A stretch of 63,573 nt of DNA, counting the filler, from Cercozoa sp. M6MM (Eukaryota; Protista; Endomyxa: Ascetosporea): NCBI GenBank assembly GCA_040357565.1. It is 10 parts of 10 records of this genome, joined end to end, with 100 filler letters (N's around TTAATTAATTAA, not from the genome) between each part and the next. Parts side by side here need not be neighbours in the genome. Positions count along the whole stretch, not along the records: positions 60,693 to 62,426 come from JBDODJ010001938.1; positions 62,527 to 63,573 come from JBDODJ010002205.1; 8 more parts are not named here. The stretch is one strand, 5' to 3'. The position numbers were made by a program, and so were the translations under genes. Numbering within the stretch: the first letter of the stretch is position 1; the number at the start of each line of letters is the position of its first letter. This document shows, piece by piece, positions 60,715-63,573 of this stretch. A model generated the notes under the pieces. That model searched no databases, was not told the DNA's origin, and saw only the letters and a program-made list of their open reading frames with translations.

Positions 60715-62402
60715 AAGTTGGATTGCGTCGATCCAACAAACATGCAAGCAGCGAGAAGTTCAGGTGCGAGAAGTTCAAGTGTGAGAAGTACAGGTGGAGG
60801 TGCCGATTGTTGACGTGGCATCTGAACCGGCAGACGACACATTTTGCGAACGCTCCGCGCATGGCGCAGGTACTCGCCGATCTCGGTGGCGCAAGGATGA
60901 GAGGCCCACAATTCGCCCAAAATCTGCAGCGTCAGTTCCGGTGCCGTCACTCTACAGCCACGCATCGTTAACTCATCAAAGAGGCACAAAACAAATGTAC
61001 TGGTCAGCGATGGCCTCGAAAGCGAACTCGTGTCGCAGTTGCTGACACTGGAACTCGGACATGATCGGTTCCTCTTCAGGCAAACGACTGCACAGAACAG
61101 AAGCGATCACAGAGGCAGCAAAGAAGAAGGAAAAAACGAAAGCCTACAGAGGCCGAAAGAACTCGTGCTGCAGCGCCTGCTCTGCCGACCAGCGCTTGTC
61201 CGGATCGAGGCACAGCAGTCCTTCCACAACTTCGACGGCTTGTTTCGACGCCAACGGGAACAGCAGACGCAAGGAGCGCTCGCGCGCGTCTTTCACCGGC
61301 TGCAGCGCTTCCTGTTGCATCGTTCATCGTCATCAAACACTCTGATACAAAGACAAAAGGGGTAAAACTGATACCACAGCAGTGTTGGGAATGCGGCGAA
61401 ACTGCTCCTGCGAAGGCAAGCCACGCAGCCGGCAGATCTGCGACAGGGAGATATCAATCGTACATGCACAAGAACACAAGAAACACTGGGTACCTGATAC
61501 AGTTGTTCGTGCGAGGATTCGCCCTGAAACAACGCCGCTCGAACCAAGAGATCACCTTCGTTCTCGTCGTCGTCGCTGCCACTTTTTGCAGTCGTGCTGT
61601 TGCGTTCGGCGCTGTTTGGTTCCGCCTTGCTTCTTCGTTCAGTGTTGCTCAAGTTGGCATTGTTCTCCGAATCGTTGCGTGGCCGCTTGGACAGAGTCAT
61701 TGATGCCGTGTAAACCTCGTCCTTCCACAAACGGCGTCGCCACAGCAACTCCGCCATCACGCAGCCTACACATCGCGCAGTGCACATCACAGCAGGTGCA
61801 CGCAGTGTACATCACAGCAGGTGGTCAAGGGGTAAAGAATAAAAAGCACCAGCACTCCAGATATCCAGTTTCGGTCCATACTCCTACAGCACACAGGCAT
61901 GGAAGTTTCGCAACACTGAGCAGGGGAGCAAAGAGTACCTTGGCATCACCGAGAAGAAGTTCGGGCGGTCGGTACCACCGAGTGACCACACAGGTGGTCA
62001 GATACGACTTGGAATCCAAAGGCAGACCTTCGCGCGAGCACTGCGTGTGCGGCGGGATGTGCGCGCGGCGAAACTGCATGGCATCGCGGTGCTGCGGCGG
62101 CAAGGTGCGTGCCAGTCCCAGGTCGCACAGTCGCAGGTCGCAGTTCGCATTCACCAGAATGTTACGCGCCTTTATGTCGCGATGCACGATTCCTAAAGAG
62201 GGGAGGAGGTGACGAAAATGACACAGAGAGCACAGAGGACAAACACACCTCCCGAGTGCAAGTAGCGCAGTGCCACTAGCAGGCAGTACATGAACCAGCG
62301 TGCGTGGTCCTCGGTGATGTTCTGAGTCGAATCGCACACGTACTTTAGCGTCGTCTGCATCGCTTCCGTAACCACATACACGTGCTTCACTGGCGACATT
62401 CC
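60715..62402 (-). CDS. MAP kinase-like protein with an atypical activation loop, truncated by gaps
   Basis: [80 protein letters not shown]|CVMAEL, LFQGES. Confidence 0.88.
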
Positions 62403-62686
62403 TCTGTCGCGGGAGGGGGGGGGGGGNNNNNNNNNNNNNNNNNNNNNNNNNNNNNNNNNNNNNNNNNNNNTTAATTAATTAANNNNNNNNNNNNNNNNNN
62501 NNNNNNNNNNNNNNNNNNNNNNNNNNGTACAAGTAAAACGTGTTATAAACGTATATACGTTCTCGGAAAATTCCAAAATTGACGACAACTACCCTAGAAT
62601 TTCTTTAATAAATTGCTTAATAATTTGAATCGACCGACCTAAATCAGCCTAATAGAGAACACAAGTACTAAATTAGGTTTAAACTA

Positions 62687-63016
62687 CTAGATTGAACGTG
62701 TCAACCGAAGATCAGTCGCCATCGCCGTGTTGACCAAGAAATCGTCAGAGTCGTACATGTCGCCGCCTTCGACGTCGAAATCGCTGTCGAACGAATATCC
62801 TGGCGGCGATTCGACATTCTCGTGAGGGACCGCATCATCCGGAAGGGTCTGAGTCGGGAGCAGGTTCTTACGGGCGATGCGAGCACTGCGCCGCGTGGGT
62901 TGCGTCGCAGCCAGTTGCAGCCAGTTCAGGGTCCTGCACAAACTCGGCGTCGGAAGTCGGCGACATCCGAGGCGACCGCTGGTGGGTGTTGACAAAGTCG
63001 CACGCCTTGACCGTGG

Positions 63017-63053
<37 letters not shown>

Positions 63054-63076
63054 CATGCGCAGTTGTGTGTGCGTGC

Positions 63077-63127
<51 letters not shown>

Positions 63128-63400
63128 CGCGGTTGTGTGTGTGTGTGTGTGTGCGTGCGCGGTTGTGTGTGCGTGTGTGTGCGTGCGCGGTTGTGTGTGC
63201 GTGTGTGTGTGCGTGTATGTGTGTGCTGTACACTGATGATCTGCGACCGCGTCGGCGGATTGATCTTGCCAGTGCGCGCCTTGCAGTTTCTTTTGCTCCT
63301 CTCGAGCGTTGGCAACCATGATTTCTCGCATATCTCCTTTGATCTAAGATCACACTCCTTGTCACCTGCCGAACCTTGGACAAAGACCATATACCATCCT
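62687..63400 (-). CDS. Probable 3' exons of a hypothetical protein
   Basis: Open minus-strand segments interrupted by a (CA)n intron. Frame across the intron not resolved. Confidence 0.3.
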
Positions 63401-63446
63401 CTTGAGCTCGCCGAGTTTGCAACAAGAATGTTGTTAGTAATGTTGA

Positions 63447-63573
<127 letters not shown>

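Noticed and set aside
15508-62526. Regularly recurring TTAATTAATTAA flanked by Ns, superficially a repeat or CRISPR-like array
   Set aside because: It is an artificial six-frame-stop linker used to concatenate contigs.

Overview
This is eukaryotic, most likely protist, nuclear DNA. It is not one contiguous locus. About 10 contig pieces are joined by nine artificial 100-bp linkers (N-run + TTAATTAATTAA + N-run) at 15508-15607, 20339-20438, 23650-23749, 46103-46202, 49328-49427, 51956-52055, 56519-56618, 60593-60692 and 62427-62526, so neighbourhoods across linkers mean nothing. The window is gene-dense (about 30 genes or fragments) and extremely intron-dense, with short GT-AG introns (about 22 in eIF2-gamma, 18 in PRPS). 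The ORF track is therefore mostly noise, and I built gene models by splicing by hand; ends are approximate where stated. Recognisable genes: an AT-hook/HMG-box/C2H2 transcription factor, RING1-like PRC1 subunit, eIF2-gamma, a bacterial-type GHL10 (YddW/DigH-like) secreted glycosidase, an ePHD-finger protein, a two-pore channel with Cav-like filters, proteasome alpha-4, a Rab, ACMSD, BCCIP, Tim17/22/23, a cytochrome b5-fused desaturase, a PX-domain protein, a mitochondrial-clan-like P450, SSRP1, PRPS, a Gly-rich protein, a knottin-like secreted protein and an atypical MAPK. The best non-coding signal is a dispersed, ORF-less, TIR-less element of about 130-175 nt in three copies (20047-20222 +, 32048-32185 -, 56168-56294 -). 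It folds into nested stems with a loop-to-3'-end pseudoknot and ends in GCAGGTAGCGG. This resembles a TnpB/Fanzor omegaRNA scaffold (inference); a 3'-UTR RNA element is the alternative. Also present are a 353-bp Mutator-like MITE with a perfect 9-bp TSD abutting the proteasome stop codon, and recurrent intron-filling repeats (TGTTTACCCCC type and TGGAC type).
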